From positions 32,001-96,000 of the forward strand of contig JAVJSW010000008.1 of NCBI GenBank assembly GCA_040219255.1: 64,000 nucleotides of DNA, given 5' to 3'. A program made the position numbers and the translations under genes. Positions 9,683 through 19,365 of the stretch are shown piece by piece; position 1 is the first letter of the stretch, and each line of letters begins with the position of its first letter. Below the pieces are notes generated by a model. It was not told the origin of the DNA. It did not search any database and worked only from the letters and a program-made list of their open reading frames with translations. The stretch comes from Sumerlaeia bacterium (GTDB lineage Bacteria > Sumerlaeota > Sumerlaeia > SLMS01 > JAHLLQ01).

Positions 9683-10637
9683 GGCCCCGGCGCCGGAGGG
9701 CCTCCCCGACGGGCTGAAGCTCCAGCCCGCTCCCCCGCCGCCGAGGCGGGGCCTAAGCCCCCGCGCCCAGCAGATCCTGGTGGCTTATGGGTTCCTGCTG
9801 CCGGCGTTGGCGGTCGTCGGGATTTTCCAGTTTTATCCGATCATCCAGTCTCTCTTTTCCTCGTTCTACGAATACGGTCTCGCGGATCCGGGCGGCGGCG
9901 AGTATGTGGGCCTTGGCAATTACGACCGCCTTCTGCACGACGCCAATTTCTGGGCCGCCTTGAAAAACTCGCTGCTGTACCTGCTCGTGGTGCCGCTGAT
10001 TATCGGGCTCTCGCTGATGCTGGCGGCGCTGGTCGAGCCCAAAGTCCCCTTCATCGGATTCTTCCGCGCCTGCTATTACGTGCCGGTCATTACGACGATG
10101 GTGGTGGTGGCGCTGGTGTGGAAGTACCTCTTCCGGACCGATGGCGGCCTGATCAACGAATGGCTGGTGGGTTCGGGGTTGCTGGAGAACGGCGTGCCCT
10201 GGCTGGTGGATGAATCGTACGCGCTCTGGACGGTGATGTCGGTCACGATCTGGAAGGGCCTCGGCTATTACATGATCCTGTTCCTGGTGGCCTTGAAGGC
10301 GATCCCGAAGGAGCTGATGGAGGCCGCCCGCATCGACGGCGCGAACCCCGTGCAGACCTTCTTCGCGGTGAAGGTGCCCCTGCTCTGGCCAACGATTTCA
10401 CTGGTCTCCGTGCTGTCGAGCATCAGCGCCATTCAGGTTTTCGAAGAAATCTGGATCATGACTTCGGGGCGGTCCGGCACGGCGACGCTGGTGGTGGAGA
10501 TTTACCGCTACGGGTTCGAGGGCTTCGGCCGCGATCTGGGCTATGGCTGCGCCATGGGCGTGGTTCTGTTCGGGGTGGTCATGGCCTTTACGCTGGTCGC
10601 GCTGCGACTGATGCCGGGAGCTTTGAAGAATGAATAG
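9660..10637 (+). CDS. Sugar ABC transporter permease
   Basis: VGLGNY, WKGLGYYM, EAA loop EAARIDGA, and about 6 TM segments. Confidence 0.93.
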   Translation: MRSSPATEAPAPEGLPDGLKLQPAPPPPRRGLSPRAQQILVAYGFLLPALAVVGIFQFYPIIQSLFSSFYEYGLADPGGGEYVGLGNYDRLLHDANFWAALKNSLLYLLVVPLIIGLSLMLAALVEPKVPFIGFFRACYYVPVITTMVVVALVWKYLFRTDGGLINEWLVGSGLLENGVPWLVDESYALWTVMSVTIWKGLGYYMILFLVALKAIPKELMEAARIDGANPVQTFFAVKVPLLWPTISLVSVLSSISAIQVFEEIWIMTSGRSGTATLVVEIYRYGFEGFGRDLGYGCAMGVVLFGVVMAFTLVALRLMPGALKNE

Positions 10638-11487
10638 GCACCACCCCACGGCCCCGAGGCCGCCCAAATTCTTTGGCCCCAAAGCCGAGCTCGCAGCGCG
10701 CTACGCGGCCATGATCGCGCTGCTGGCCCTGTTCATTGGGCCGTTTGTCTGGATGACGTTGATCGCGCTGCAGGAAGGCGGCGCGGCCATGGACATCAGT
10801 CTGCGCCCGGCGGACATGACGCTGGAGAACTTCGCGGCCGTCTGGAAGAACTACGCCATCGGCCGGGCGTTTCTCAACAGCGTCCTGGTGGCGCTGGCGG
10901 TGGTGGCGCTGAACGTGGTGATCTGCTCGCTGGCGGCATATCCGCTGGCGCGGATGGATTTCCCCGGCAACAAGCTGATCTTCCTGCTGATCCTCAGCAC
11001 CCTGATGCTGCCGGTGCAGCTCTACATGATCCCGCTGTATGAGCTGGCGCTGGCGCTGCGGCTCGACGACACGCTGACGGCGGTGGTGCTGCCAGCGGCG
11101 GCGGGGGCGCTGGGGATCTACATCATCCGCCAGTACTACGCCACGATCCCGCGCGACCTGGAGGAAGCGGCCCGCATCGACGGCGCTAACGAATTCGCCA
11201 TCTGGTTCCGGGTGATGTTGCCTCTGACCAAGCCTGCTGTGGCGGCGATGGCGATTTTCGTCTTCGTCCAAAACTGGAGCAACTTCCTATGGCCGCTGAT
11301 CGTGCTCAAGAGCCAGGAGAAGTACACGCTGCCGCTGGCGCTCTTCGAGTTGGAGGGTGTTTTCGAGGCCAACACGCGCTACATCTACGCCGGGTCTTTC
11401 ATCGCCATCGCCCCGATTCTTCTCTTCTTCCTGTTCTTCCAGCGCTGGTTCCTGGGCGGGTTGAGTATGGGTGCGGTGAAGGGTTAA
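10630..11487 (+). CDS. Sugar ABC transporter permease
   Basis: AAYPLAR, EEAARIDGA, WSNFLWPL and the C-terminal GAVKG typical of CUT1 permeases. Confidence 0.93.
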   Translation: MNRHHPTAPRPPKFFGPKAELAARYAAMIALLALFIGPFVWMTLIALQEGGAAMDISLRPADMTLENFAAVWKNYAIGRAFLNSVLVALAVVALNVVICSLAAYPLARMDFPGNKLIFLLILSTLMLPVQLYMIPLYELALALRLDDTLTAVVLPAAAGALGIYIIRQYYATIPRDLEEAARIDGANEFAIWFRVMLPLTKPAVAAMAIFVFVQNWSNFLWPLIVLKSQEKYTLPLALFELEGVFEANTRYIYAGSFIAIAPILLFFLFFQRWFLGGLSMGAVKG

Positions 11488-11607
11488 TTCGTCGCGAGCG
11501 GGGCGTTTTCGCTTGCCGGAATCGTTCCCCGCCTGAACCTTCGAAGGCTTGGCTCTCGATATTGCGAGCCCACAATTCCCCGGACGCCTCGGACAGGAGT
11601 TCTCCCC

Positions 11608-12801
11608 ATAAGTACCCGCCGCTCCCTCTTCGCCCTTCCCACGCTTGTCAGCATCCTGTGCGCCTCCGCCCTCCCCGCTCCCGTTCCGGACGACCTCGAC
11701 CAGCGGCTGCAAAGCGCCATTCCCGGCGAGGTCCTGCCGCTCGGCTTTTCCTCGACCGCAGCCATCCCAGCGCTGAACGCGTTCCCTGACCGGCTGGAGA
11801 CATCGGGGGGGTCCCTGATTTACTCAGACGATCCAGAAACGGTGCTGGGCGAAGGGGTGCTCTACGAAGCGAGCCTCGCCGCCGGCACGCATCGGCTTTA
11901 CCTCTACCATGTCAACGGGCTGACCGAGCCGATGCGGTTCCTGGCGGTGGCGTCGAACGCTGGGGACGGCAACGTGCGGTTCCGCATTCAGCGCGAGGCC
12001 CTCGAAGGCCCCTCGGCGAACTATCTCGCGGTCGGGAGGGCGGCGTCTGAGCGCTTCCTCGCGCCGCCGGTGCAGACGCTCGCCGGCGTGTTCGGACCCG
12101 GCGACGTGGGGCCCTTGGACAACGAACTGCTCGCCATCGCCGCCGCCCGCGATCAACTGGTCAACGGCATCTATCGCATCGAAACGGACGGCCCCATGCG
12201 GGTTACCGTGATGGCGCTGCGCCAAAGCACGCCGACCTTCCCCCTGCCGATGAACCTGCCACCGTCGGCCGACGACGGAGACAATCGCGAGGGGACCTTT
12301 GCCGGGACGACGCGGTCGGGCACCTATGCCTGGAGCACGGAGTCCGGCATGGCGCGCCTGCGCATTGGAGACGGGGGCGAATTCGAAACCGATCCGCCTC
12401 TGTCCGGCGTGGACGAAGAAGACGGCGCCGCGCGGCTCCTGCGGGGCAATTATGGGGTCGAGTACGCCATCGATGTCGATGTCTCCGCGCCCGATGGCCA
12501 GCGCTTTGCCGTGCTGCTCAACCCGCGCGGCGGGAACTATGGAGGAGCCGTCGAAACCACCTTCGGCCCCGGCCCGGCCGTCATGCAGCTCGTGCCCGAG
12601 GAGAGCCTCGTGGTTCCACCTACGACGGAGGCAGGCGTCGTGGGCATCTACGACCCCTTCACAGTGGCGGGCGATGCGGACCGCCTGACGATCCGCCTCA
12701 CGCCCGCGGGTGCGAGTTCCCTTGCGATCGATCTGCTCCTGGTGCCCTTCGGCGGCCCGCGCGAGAAGCCGCTGCCGCCAGCGGGGTGGATGCTCTACTG
12801 A
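11608..12801 (+). CDS. Secreted protein of unknown function (SDxPE...GNYGV family, DUF3370-like); probable ATA start; C-terminal GWMLY
   Basis: The frame is open well upstream of the listed GTG 11842. AGGAG (11595-11599) lies 8 nt before ATA 11608, which begins a signal-peptide-like STRRSLFALPTLVSILCASALPA. YSDDPE lies upstream of 11842 and matches FSDEPE of the paralog. Confidence 0.75.
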   Translation: MSTRRSLFALPTLVSILCASALPAPVPDDLDQRLQSAIPGEVLPLGFSSTAAIPALNAFPDRLETSGGSLIYSDDPETVLGEGVLYEASLAAGTHRLYLYHVNGLTEPMRFLAVASNAGDGNVRFRIQREALEGPSANYLAVGRAASERFLAPPVQTLAGVFGPGDVGPLDNELLAIAAARDQLVNGIYRIETDGPMRVTVMALRQSTPTFPLPMNLPPSADDGDNREGTFAGTTRSGTYAWSTESGMARLRIGDGGEFETDPPLSGVDEEDGAARLLRGNYGVEYAIDVDVSAPDGQRFAVLLNPRGGNYGGAVETTFGPGPAVMQLVPEESLVVPPTTEAGVVGIYDPFTVAGDADRLTIRLTPAGASSLAIDLLLVPFGGPREKPLPPAGWMLY

Positions 12802-12813
12802 GCGGAAGGTCCG

Positions 12814-14034
12814 CTATTCAACCGACTTCGAATCCATATCCACAGGCACGAAAATCAGCGGCACCGGCAGACAGGACGCGCCCGGGGGCGAGTAGGTGAT
12901 GTGGATGGTGCCCGTTTCGCCCTCAGGGACGGGCGGGAAGACCTGGATCACGGCGACTTCCGGTGGTTTGCGGACGTTGAGCTGGTTGCTCGGAATCGGG
13001 ACGATGCCGCCTTCGTGAAGGCCGTCGCTGACGCGCACCGAGGCCGCCATGCCGCCGCACCACTGCGAAGACTCGAAACGCGAGTTCCACGTCACCAGCG
13101 CGAGGCCCTTGCCGTCAGGCGTCTTGTAGTTCAGTTCGATCTCGTACATGACGCCGTAGTTACCCGCCAGATCGACGATTTCGCCGCTCGAGCTGTCGAT
13201 GCCCCGCACCCAGGGATCGCGTTCGTCGTCAGCGACGAGGAGTTGCACCACGCCCGACGTTGTATCGATGACCCCTGCCTCGCGGTTACGGATCAGGTAG
13301 TTGCTGACGCCGAACTTGCCCCGGCCCGCGTTCTTCTTCTTCTCGATGGGAATGACTTCGGCAAGGCGCTCGCTGGCTTCGGCGCTGCCGGTTTCCGGGT
13401 CGGTCTGGACGACCGAGACGGTGGCCGGTTGGTCGATCACGAATTCGTAGAGGCCGTGAACGAGATCGTTGTAGTTGGCGATGCGGCTCTCCATGTCCGA
13501 GTCCAGCGGCGCGGATTCCCCCGGGGCCAAGGTCATGGTGCGGTCGAGGCCTTCGGACGCGAAGTAATCGCGCAGGCCATTCTTGCCCACGCCGTGGTAA
13601 TTGCCCGAGGGCGGTTGGGACGAGAAGTGCAGGAAGCGCAGGTTCAGGTCCTCGCCGCCCTCGTTGCGGATGACAGCGTTGATGCGGCGGGGCATTTGCT
13701 CCGGTTCTTTGACGCCATTGACGTTATACATGTAGAGGCGCACCGCGCCGGGTTCGACCGGCTCGCGCATGGCGACGCCTTCCGGAACGCGGATGTATTC
13801 TGGTTCGTCGGAAAACAGGAACTGGGGCCCAGGCAGGATCACCTGCTCGTAATCCATGGCCGGGATGCTCTTGAAGGGGAAATCGGGGACATTGACCGCA
13901 TGACCGGGAGCGGCGGAGAGGAGGATTTCGCTGGTGCTGGAAGTCGGCTGATCGGCCGTCGTGGTCTCGTCGGCGGCGAGCGCCAAGGGCGAGAGCAGGA
14001 TGGGGAGGGCCAGAAGGGAAAGGGATGAACGCAT
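12814..14034 (-). CDS. Secreted protein of unknown function, paralog of 11608-12801
   Basis: Signal peptide. Shared blocks FSDEPE, RLYMYNVNG, DLVHGLYEF, GRGKF, GNYGVMY and PPGASCLPV. Confidence 0.85.
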   Translation of the reverse strand: MRSSLSLLALPILLSPLALAADETTTADQPTSSTSEILLSAAPGHAVNVPDFPFKSIPAMDYEQVILPGPQFLFSDEPEYIRVPEGVAMREPVEPGAVRLYMYNVNGVKEPEQMPRRINAVIRNEGGEDLNLRFLHFSSQPPSGNYHGVGKNGLRDYFASEGLDRTMTLAPGESAPLDSDMESRIANYNDLVHGLYEFVIDQPATVSVVQTDPETGSAEASERLAEVIPIEKKKNAGRGKFGVSNYLIRNREAGVIDTTSGVVQLLVADDERDPWVRGIDSSSGEIVDLAGNYGVMYEIELNYKTPDGKGLALVTWNSRFESSQWCGGMAASVRVSDGLHEGGIVPIPSNQLNVRKPPEVAVIQVFPPVPEGETGTIHITYSPPGASCLPVPLIFVPVDMDSKSVE

Positions 14035-14145
14035 TCGGAGAGAGGTATCCTCTGCAACTAGTTTCAGGCATTGTCCCGGTTCGACTCAAAAAGGGCAACG
14101 GGAAATTCAAACCACTGAGAATACAGAAGAAAGCTCTGTCCTGAT

Positions 14146-15549
14146 TTACGACTCTTCCGGAGCCACGCTCTGGGTCGCGGTCTGGCTCTTCAGCGCCGCC
14201 AACGCGAACAGCCCGAGCGCCGGCCACAGCTTGAGCGACATCGCCAGCCAGCCCACGCCCCGGTCGGCCGGGAAGGTGACGAGCGGGCGCGAGAGCTGGG
14301 CGAGGGCGGCAAGGCCCTCTCCCCCGCCACCGGTCCACTCGGCGATGGCCGCCGCGAACCGCCCAGGCCACGCCCACCCCACGATCAGGCGCCCCTCGAC
14401 AACCACGAAGTTGATACAGAAAACGGCCACAGCCAAGACGATGGCAGCCCGGCCCTTGGCGCCGCAGATGGGCCAGAGCAGCGCGGCCGCCACAAGCGCC
14501 TGCACCAGGTAATGGTCCCACATGATCGAGGGCACGAGCAGGCTCGTCAGGATCGCGAGGGCAAAAGTGGCGCGCTGGCGGGGGCCGAAACCAGTTCCAC
14601 GGTTCTTCCAGGTGACAAAGACGAAGACACCGAGGAGGGCGAGGCTCACCAGCCAGGTCAAGCCGTTGGCGGCTGCGGGGCCGAGGTCCGCCCAGGGACG
14701 CCCACTCTCCGCCGCCACGAACAGGTGGTGCATCAGCGAATTGACCGACTGGTTCATGGGATCGCGCCAGAAGGTCATGCCCTCAGCGGCCCAGGTGGAC
14801 TTGCCATAGCCCATGTCGGCCAGCACCGGCAGGAATTCCAGATGGGTCCCGAAGCCGGCGATCAGGGCGCTCAGCAGCGTCAGCCCCACCGCCCAGCCAA
14901 CCATCCAGGCCGCGCAGCGCCAGCGCCCGGCGAGCAGGAACCAGATCAGGAAAATCCCCGGCGTGATCTTGAACAGCATCAGCGCCGCCGCGATGCCGCC
15001 CAGCGCCATCGGCTTCCAACCGCGCGCCAACCCCACCGCCAGCAGCCCGCTGCCGAAGAGCAGCGCCGCGTTGAGTTGACCCGCATTGTTCTGGCGGTAA
15101 AGCGTGGCGTTGACGACCACCGCCCCGCCGACCAGGAGGACGCTCTTCCAATGCCATCGCCATCCGCCGGCGCACGCCGCCAACGCAAGCCCCGCCGCAA
15201 CGAACAGATGATTGCAAAGCTGCCACACCACCGCCGCCACGTGGAACGGCAGAAGGCTCAGCGGCCAGAGCACCATGCCGGTGAAGGGCAGGTAAACGTA
15301 GGGCAGGATGCTGCGGAAGCGCGGATCCTCGGCGGCGAAGACGAAGGCCGTCTCCTTCATCAGCTCCGCGTCGTAAGGGCTGGCGCCCTGGCCCATCAGC
15401 ACGGCGCCGAGGTAGATGTGCTTGAAGTCGTTCTGCTGGCTGTTGGCCAGCAGCGGCACGACCTGAAAGACCACATAGAGCGCCACCATCGCGGCCATGG
15501 CGACGAGTGCCTTGGTGCACTCCGGGCGATGCGGGCCGGTCGTGTTCAC
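14146..15549 (-). CDS. GT87/DUF2029 family (GT-C) membrane glycosyltransferase
   Basis: Motifs NDFKHIY, PYVYLP, GQLNA, FKITP, NQS and WDHY, with many TM helices. GTG start overlaps the upstream stop (GTGA). Confidence 0.85.
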   Translation of the reverse strand: MNTTGPHRPECTKALVAMAAMVALYVVFQVVPLLANSQQNDFKHIYLGAVLMGQGASPYDAELMKETAFVFAAEDPRFRSILPYVYLPFTGMVLWPLSLLPFHVAAVVWQLCNHLFVAAGLALAACAGGWRWHWKSVLLVGGAVVVNATLYRQNNAGQLNAALLFGSGLLAVGLARGWKPMALGGIAAALMLFKITPGIFLIWFLLAGRWRCAAWMVGWAVGLTLLSALIAGFGTHLEFLPVLADMGYGKSTWAAEGMTFWRDPMNQSVNSLMHHLFVAAESGRPWADLGPAAANGLTWLVSLALLGVFVFVTWKNRGTGFGPRQRATFALAILTSLLVPSIMWDHYLVQALVAAALLWPICGAKGRAAIVLAVAVFCINFVVVEGRLIVGWAWPGRFAAAIAEWTGGGGEGLAALAQLSRPLVTFPADRGVGWLAMSLKLWPALGLFALAALKSQTATQSVAPEES

Positions 15550-17294
15550 GGCTGCGGTGTCCCGTACTGGGCCGAGTAAATCCGGCGGGCGCGGTCGATG
15601 CTGTCCTGCATTTCCGCCGAGTCCCGCATCCAGAGCGAAAACGCCGACCGCCCGACGGGAAAGGTGCCAATCCGCTCCCAGTCCGGGCTCTGGCGCAGGC
15701 GGGCCGAGAGACCGGTGAATTCGCCGGTCTGGCTGTCCTGGCGCACGGCGGTTACGATCCAAGTGACGCCGTACTCGTCGAGGTGTTCCTGCCATTCGGG
15801 AGCGCCAGCCAGGATTGACTGCTCCACGCGCCAGATGTCGGCACCGAAGATGTCGAAACGCGGATCGGTGAAGACTTTGTGTTCCTCGGGCGAGAGTCGC
15901 CAGATGAGATAACCGGCGAACCAGTTTTCGTTGAACATGCGGCCTTTCGGCTGGGCCAGTTCGACGAAATCGGCGATGTTCGAGGGGAAGGCGCTCTTCA
16001 CATACCCATCCCGATTCTGGAAGAAAGCGACGTTTCGCCGCGGGTAGTTATCCAGCCGCGCCGGGTCGAACTCCCAGGGAAACCAGTTCGTCAGCGCCAG
16101 ATACGCCACCAGCAGAATCGGTAAGGCTCCGATCACGACGCGGCCCTGGCGGCAGGGCACGCACGCCTGAAAACGCGCCCAAAGAAGCGTACTGGTGCGG
16201 GCGAGGAGCGGCGCGGCGGCAACGCTGAGGAGCAGGAGATGGCGCACGTGTTTGAGGCCCTGCCACGCGAAGAAGGCCGCGATGACGGCTTCGGCGGAAA
16301 GGGGCAGGCGCTCTTCGTCGCGCCGCCGGATACCGGAGACGACTTGCCAGATTACGAGCCCCGCGAGGAAGAAAACCGTGAAGTGGGAGATGATCGTGAA
16401 GCGAAACTCGGGGGGCTTCAATTCGCCGATCTGGGCGACCAAGTCGGTGTTACCGAGCACCCGCCCCGGCAGCGCGTACAGATGCCAACCGTAGGGGTTC
16501 GCAAAGGTGGCCAGGACGATCGCCGGGGCGAACGCCAGCCAGAAAACCGGCGGGCCGATCGAGGGCGGTTTCCGGAAAATGCGATGGAGCATGCCGGCCC
16601 AGCGATAGCGCTCGGCCAGCGAGGCCGCAAGGTCGCTGGCGCAGAACGCCGCCAGAATCACCGCCCCCGCCATCCAGGCCCCGTGCAGGTTCGTCCAGAG
16701 AGCGAAGAGCGGCACGAACACCCAGAGCCATCGCCTCCGCCACCAGCCCTGCTGGACGCCCACAAGCATCAGGATTTCGAAGGCCAGCAACAGGTTGGAG
16801 ACAACTGGCGGACGCGGAAAAAAGGTCCTTCGCCCGATGGCGCAGCACAGCATCGCCACAAAAAGCGCGATCCACCAGTTGCGCGAGATGCGTCCCGCCA
16901 GATACCAGACCAGAAGGTACGCCCCGCAGAGGACGAGCGCCTTCGCCAGGATCACCGCCCGCCAGCCGCCGAGCGTCGTGCCTTCGCCGGCCTGCCAGAT
17001 TTTCCAGGCGATCAATTGGGTCAGCCATTCGTGGTTGTGCCATTCGTAACTCTCGGCGGTATAGGCGAACACGTCGTAGGTGGGCAGGCCTTGTTCGGCG
17101 ATGACCTTGCCCGCCTTCACATGCCACCAGGCGTCGTTATCGGCGCGGATGGGAACGAGGGACAGGGACATGCAGAAAAGCACGAGCAGAAGTGCGCTGG
17201 CGGCGGCCTGCCAGCGCTGGGGCCACGGCGAGGAAGCATCGCCGGGCGGATTCGGAGTCTGCTCTTCTGGCAATTCGTCGGCGGTCGGGGTCAC
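15546..17294 (-). CDS. Multi-pass GT-C-like membrane protein
   Basis: Motifs DNDAWWHVKAG, WHNHEWL, RPP, WTNLHG, NPYG, GYLIW and VFTDPR. GTG start overlaps the upstream stop (GTGA). Confidence 0.75.
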   Translation of the reverse strand: MTPTADELPEEQTPNPPGDASSPWPQRWQAAASALLLVLFCMSLSLVPIRADNDAWWHVKAGKVIAEQGLPTYDVFAYTAESYEWHNHEWLTQLIAWKIWQAGEGTTLGGWRAVILAKALVLCGAYLLVWYLAGRISRNWWIALFVAMLCCAIGRRTFFPRPPVVSNLLLAFEILMLVGVQQGWWRRRWLWVFVPLFALWTNLHGAWMAGAVILAAFCASDLAASLAERYRWAGMLHRIFRKPPSIGPPVFWLAFAPAIVLATFANPYGWHLYALPGRVLGNTDLVAQIGELKPPEFRFTIISHFTVFFLAGLVIWQVVSGIRRRDEERLPLSAEAVIAAFFAWQGLKHVRHLLLLSVAAAPLLARTSTLLWARFQACVPCRQGRVVIGALPILLVAYLALTNWFPWEFDPARLDNYPRRNVAFFQNRDGYVKSAFPSNIADFVELAQPKGRMFNENWFAGYLIWRLSPEEHKVFTDPRFDIFGADIWRVEQSILAGAPEWQEHLDEYGVTWIVTAVRQDSQTGEFTGLSARLRQSPDWERIGTFPVGRSAFSLWMRDSAEMQDSIDRARRIYSAQYGTPQP

Positions 17295-17695
17295 TCGTCT
17301 TCGTTCATGACGTGGTCGAGCACATCGTCGGCCACGAAAATCGGGACATCCGCCTTGGCGGAAAGGACGACGGCGTCGCTGGGGCGGCAGTCGATCTTGA
17401 CCATTTCGCCAGTTTCCAGACGCACCATGAGCTTTCCGTGAAAGGTGTCGTTGGTCAGGCTGTCGACGACCACGCCTTCCAGGGCGCCGTTCATGCCCTC
17501 GATCACGTTGAGGATCAGGTCGTGGGTCAGGGGCCGTGCGGCTTTGCGCCGGCGGACCGCGTCGTCGGCCTGACTGGCTTCGTAGAGGCCGATAAAAATA
17601 GGGAAGGAGCGCGCGCCGTCTTTTTCCTCCAGCACGATGATCTGGTGGGGAGAGACATGGCTGATCTGGATTTCCCGGAGTTCCATCTCGACCAT
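17291..17695 (-). CDS. Bifunctional nuclease family protein (DUF151)
   Basis: Motifs FPIFIG, RPLTHDL and IDCRPSDAVVL. Confidence 0.92.
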   Translation of the reverse strand: MVEMELREIQISHVSPHQIIVLEEKDGARSFPIFIGLYEASQADDAVRRRKAARPLTHDLILNVIEGMNGALEGVVVDSLTNDTFHGKLMVRLETGEMVKIDCRPSDAVVLSAKADVPIFVADDVLDHVMNEDE

Positions 17696-17809
17696 GAAGT
17701 GCTATCCTTTGAGGGGGAAAATGAGTCTCGCACGGGGCCATCCCAGCCACGAACCCCACAATGGAAATCGGGCGGGAAGCGGGCAACGGTTTTCATACAA
17801 GAGTCGCGC

Positions 17810-18748
17810 CTAAGGCGTGGCGCTCTCGTGCTCTTTTGTGGCCGAGAGGCATTCACAGGTGGCGGGAACCAGAAAGCGCAGGGCGTGGGGAAAGACCTCG
17901 AAGCGGAACAGGTCAGAGCGCATCGGTTCGCCGTCGGCGTTGACCTGTAGGCCGCCGGGGGTATGCACCTCGATCCAGGGGAGTTTCTTGTAGAGGATGG
18001 CCGGGTTGTTGATTTCGCGGTGATTGAGTATCCGGGCGACGGCGGCGAAGCGTTCCTCGAAGGGCATGTCCGGAATGACCAGCACGTCCAGCAAGCCATC
18101 GTCGATGCGGGCGTCGTAGGCGACTTCGAAGCCGCCGCCGGAAGTGCGGCCGTTCTGAACACAAAGGCCCGCCAGGGGGCCCCGCCATTCGAAGTCATCG
18201 CTGACCAGGTGGGCTTCGAAGGGAACTTCCTGGAAGAGTTTCATGAAGCCGGAAACATGGTAGGACGCGCCGCCGAGGAGGCGTTTGAGGGACGGCGGGG
18301 TGCCGGTGGTGATTTCCGCCGCCAGCCCACCGGTGGCGGAGTTGACGAAGAGACGGTCGTTGATGCGGCCGACATCGATGGGAACGGGGTCGATCTCGCA
18401 GAGGAGTTTCAGGTCTTCGCTGGGCGCGTCGTCCTGGAGCCCGATGGCCCGGGCGAAGTCGTTGCCTGTGCCATAAGGCAACACACCCACGGCACAATCG
18501 GGGTGCGCGGAATTCAAGACGCCATTCACAACTTCGTTCAAGGTGCCGTCGCCGCCGGCTGCGATCACGGCACGGGCACCTTCCTCGACGGAGCGAGCGG
18601 CCCATCGCTCGGCTTCGCCGGGTTCCCAGAGCGCGTGCACCAGGATGTCGTGGCCCAGGGCCCGAAGGTGGTAAACGGCTTCGCGGAGAAACTCGTCCTG
18701 GGCGGCCCGGGGGTTCAAGAAAATGACAATGGGTTGGGGGGTGGTCAT
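17810..18748 (-). CDS. YegS/DAGK family lipid kinase
   Basis: Motifs NP, AAGGDGTLNEVVNG, LPYGTGNDFA and DGE. Confidence 0.92.
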   Translation of the reverse strand: MTTPQPIVIFLNPRAAQDEFLREAVYHLRALGHDILVHALWEPGEAERWAARSVEEGARAVIAAGGDGTLNEVVNGVLNSAHPDCAVGVLPYGTGNDFARAIGLQDDAPSEDLKLLCEIDPVPIDVGRINDRLFVNSATGGLAAEITTGTPPSLKRLLGGASYHVSGFMKLFQEVPFEAHLVSDDFEWRGPLAGLCVQNGRTSGGGFEVAYDARIDDGLLDVLVIPDMPFEERFAAVARILNHREINNPAILYKKLPWIEVHTPGGLQVNADGEPMRSDLFRFEVFPHALRFLVPATCECLSATKEHESATP

Positions 18749-18815
18749 GGGGTCCGGCTCTCGCGAAATCCTGTTCGCGTAGAGATAGCCAACTCCAGAC
18801 CAGGAGGCCGCCGCG

Positions 18816-19238
18816 TCAGTGGACGGAATGAATGGCCCGGCCCACCGCCAGACCGACGATCTGCTGGGCCTCGACGCGGCTCTGCACGAGGGGCACCTGG
18901 CGGAAATCGACCCAGCGGCGCTCGCGGTCGTCTCTCTCCGGCCAATCGTCGAGGACCTCCTCGACCCGCAGCAGGAATGTGCGAACCTGGTGCAAGGTGC
19001 CCCACTTCATATACTCCCACTCGCCCACTTCCGGCAGCAGGATTTCGCCGCGGACGCCCGCTTCCTCGTAGGCTTCCTGGGCAGCCTGGGCGGGCGCGTC
19101 CCTGCCGGGATCGATGTCGCCCTTGGGAAAGATCCACTGGCGGGTGGTGCTGCTGGTGACGAGAAGGAACTCGAGTTCGCCATCCGCCGCGATGCGAAAG
19201 GGAATCGCGCCGGCTTGCTTCTGCAACTCGTAAAGCAT
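18816..19238 (-). CDS. NUDIX hydrolase
   Basis: QAGAIPFR and WIFPKG...AAQEAYEEAG Nudix box. Confidence 0.88.
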   Translation of the reverse strand: MLYELQKQAGAIPFRIAADGELEFLLVTSSTTRQWIFPKGDIDPGRDAPAQAAQEAYEEAGVRGEILLPEVGEWEYMKWGTLHQVRTFLLRVEEVLDDWPERDDRERRWVDFRQVPLVQSRVEAQQIVGLAVGRAIHSVH

Positions 19239-19365
19239 GAGCAATCAATCCTTGCCGCTTGGCGGTCGGTTGCCTCAAAAATTCTTCGACGTTTTTTCTT
19301 GCCGTTCATAGCGGCGCAACGCATTCCTGCCCGAAAGATTCGCGTCGAGAGGCTCACCCAATTCT

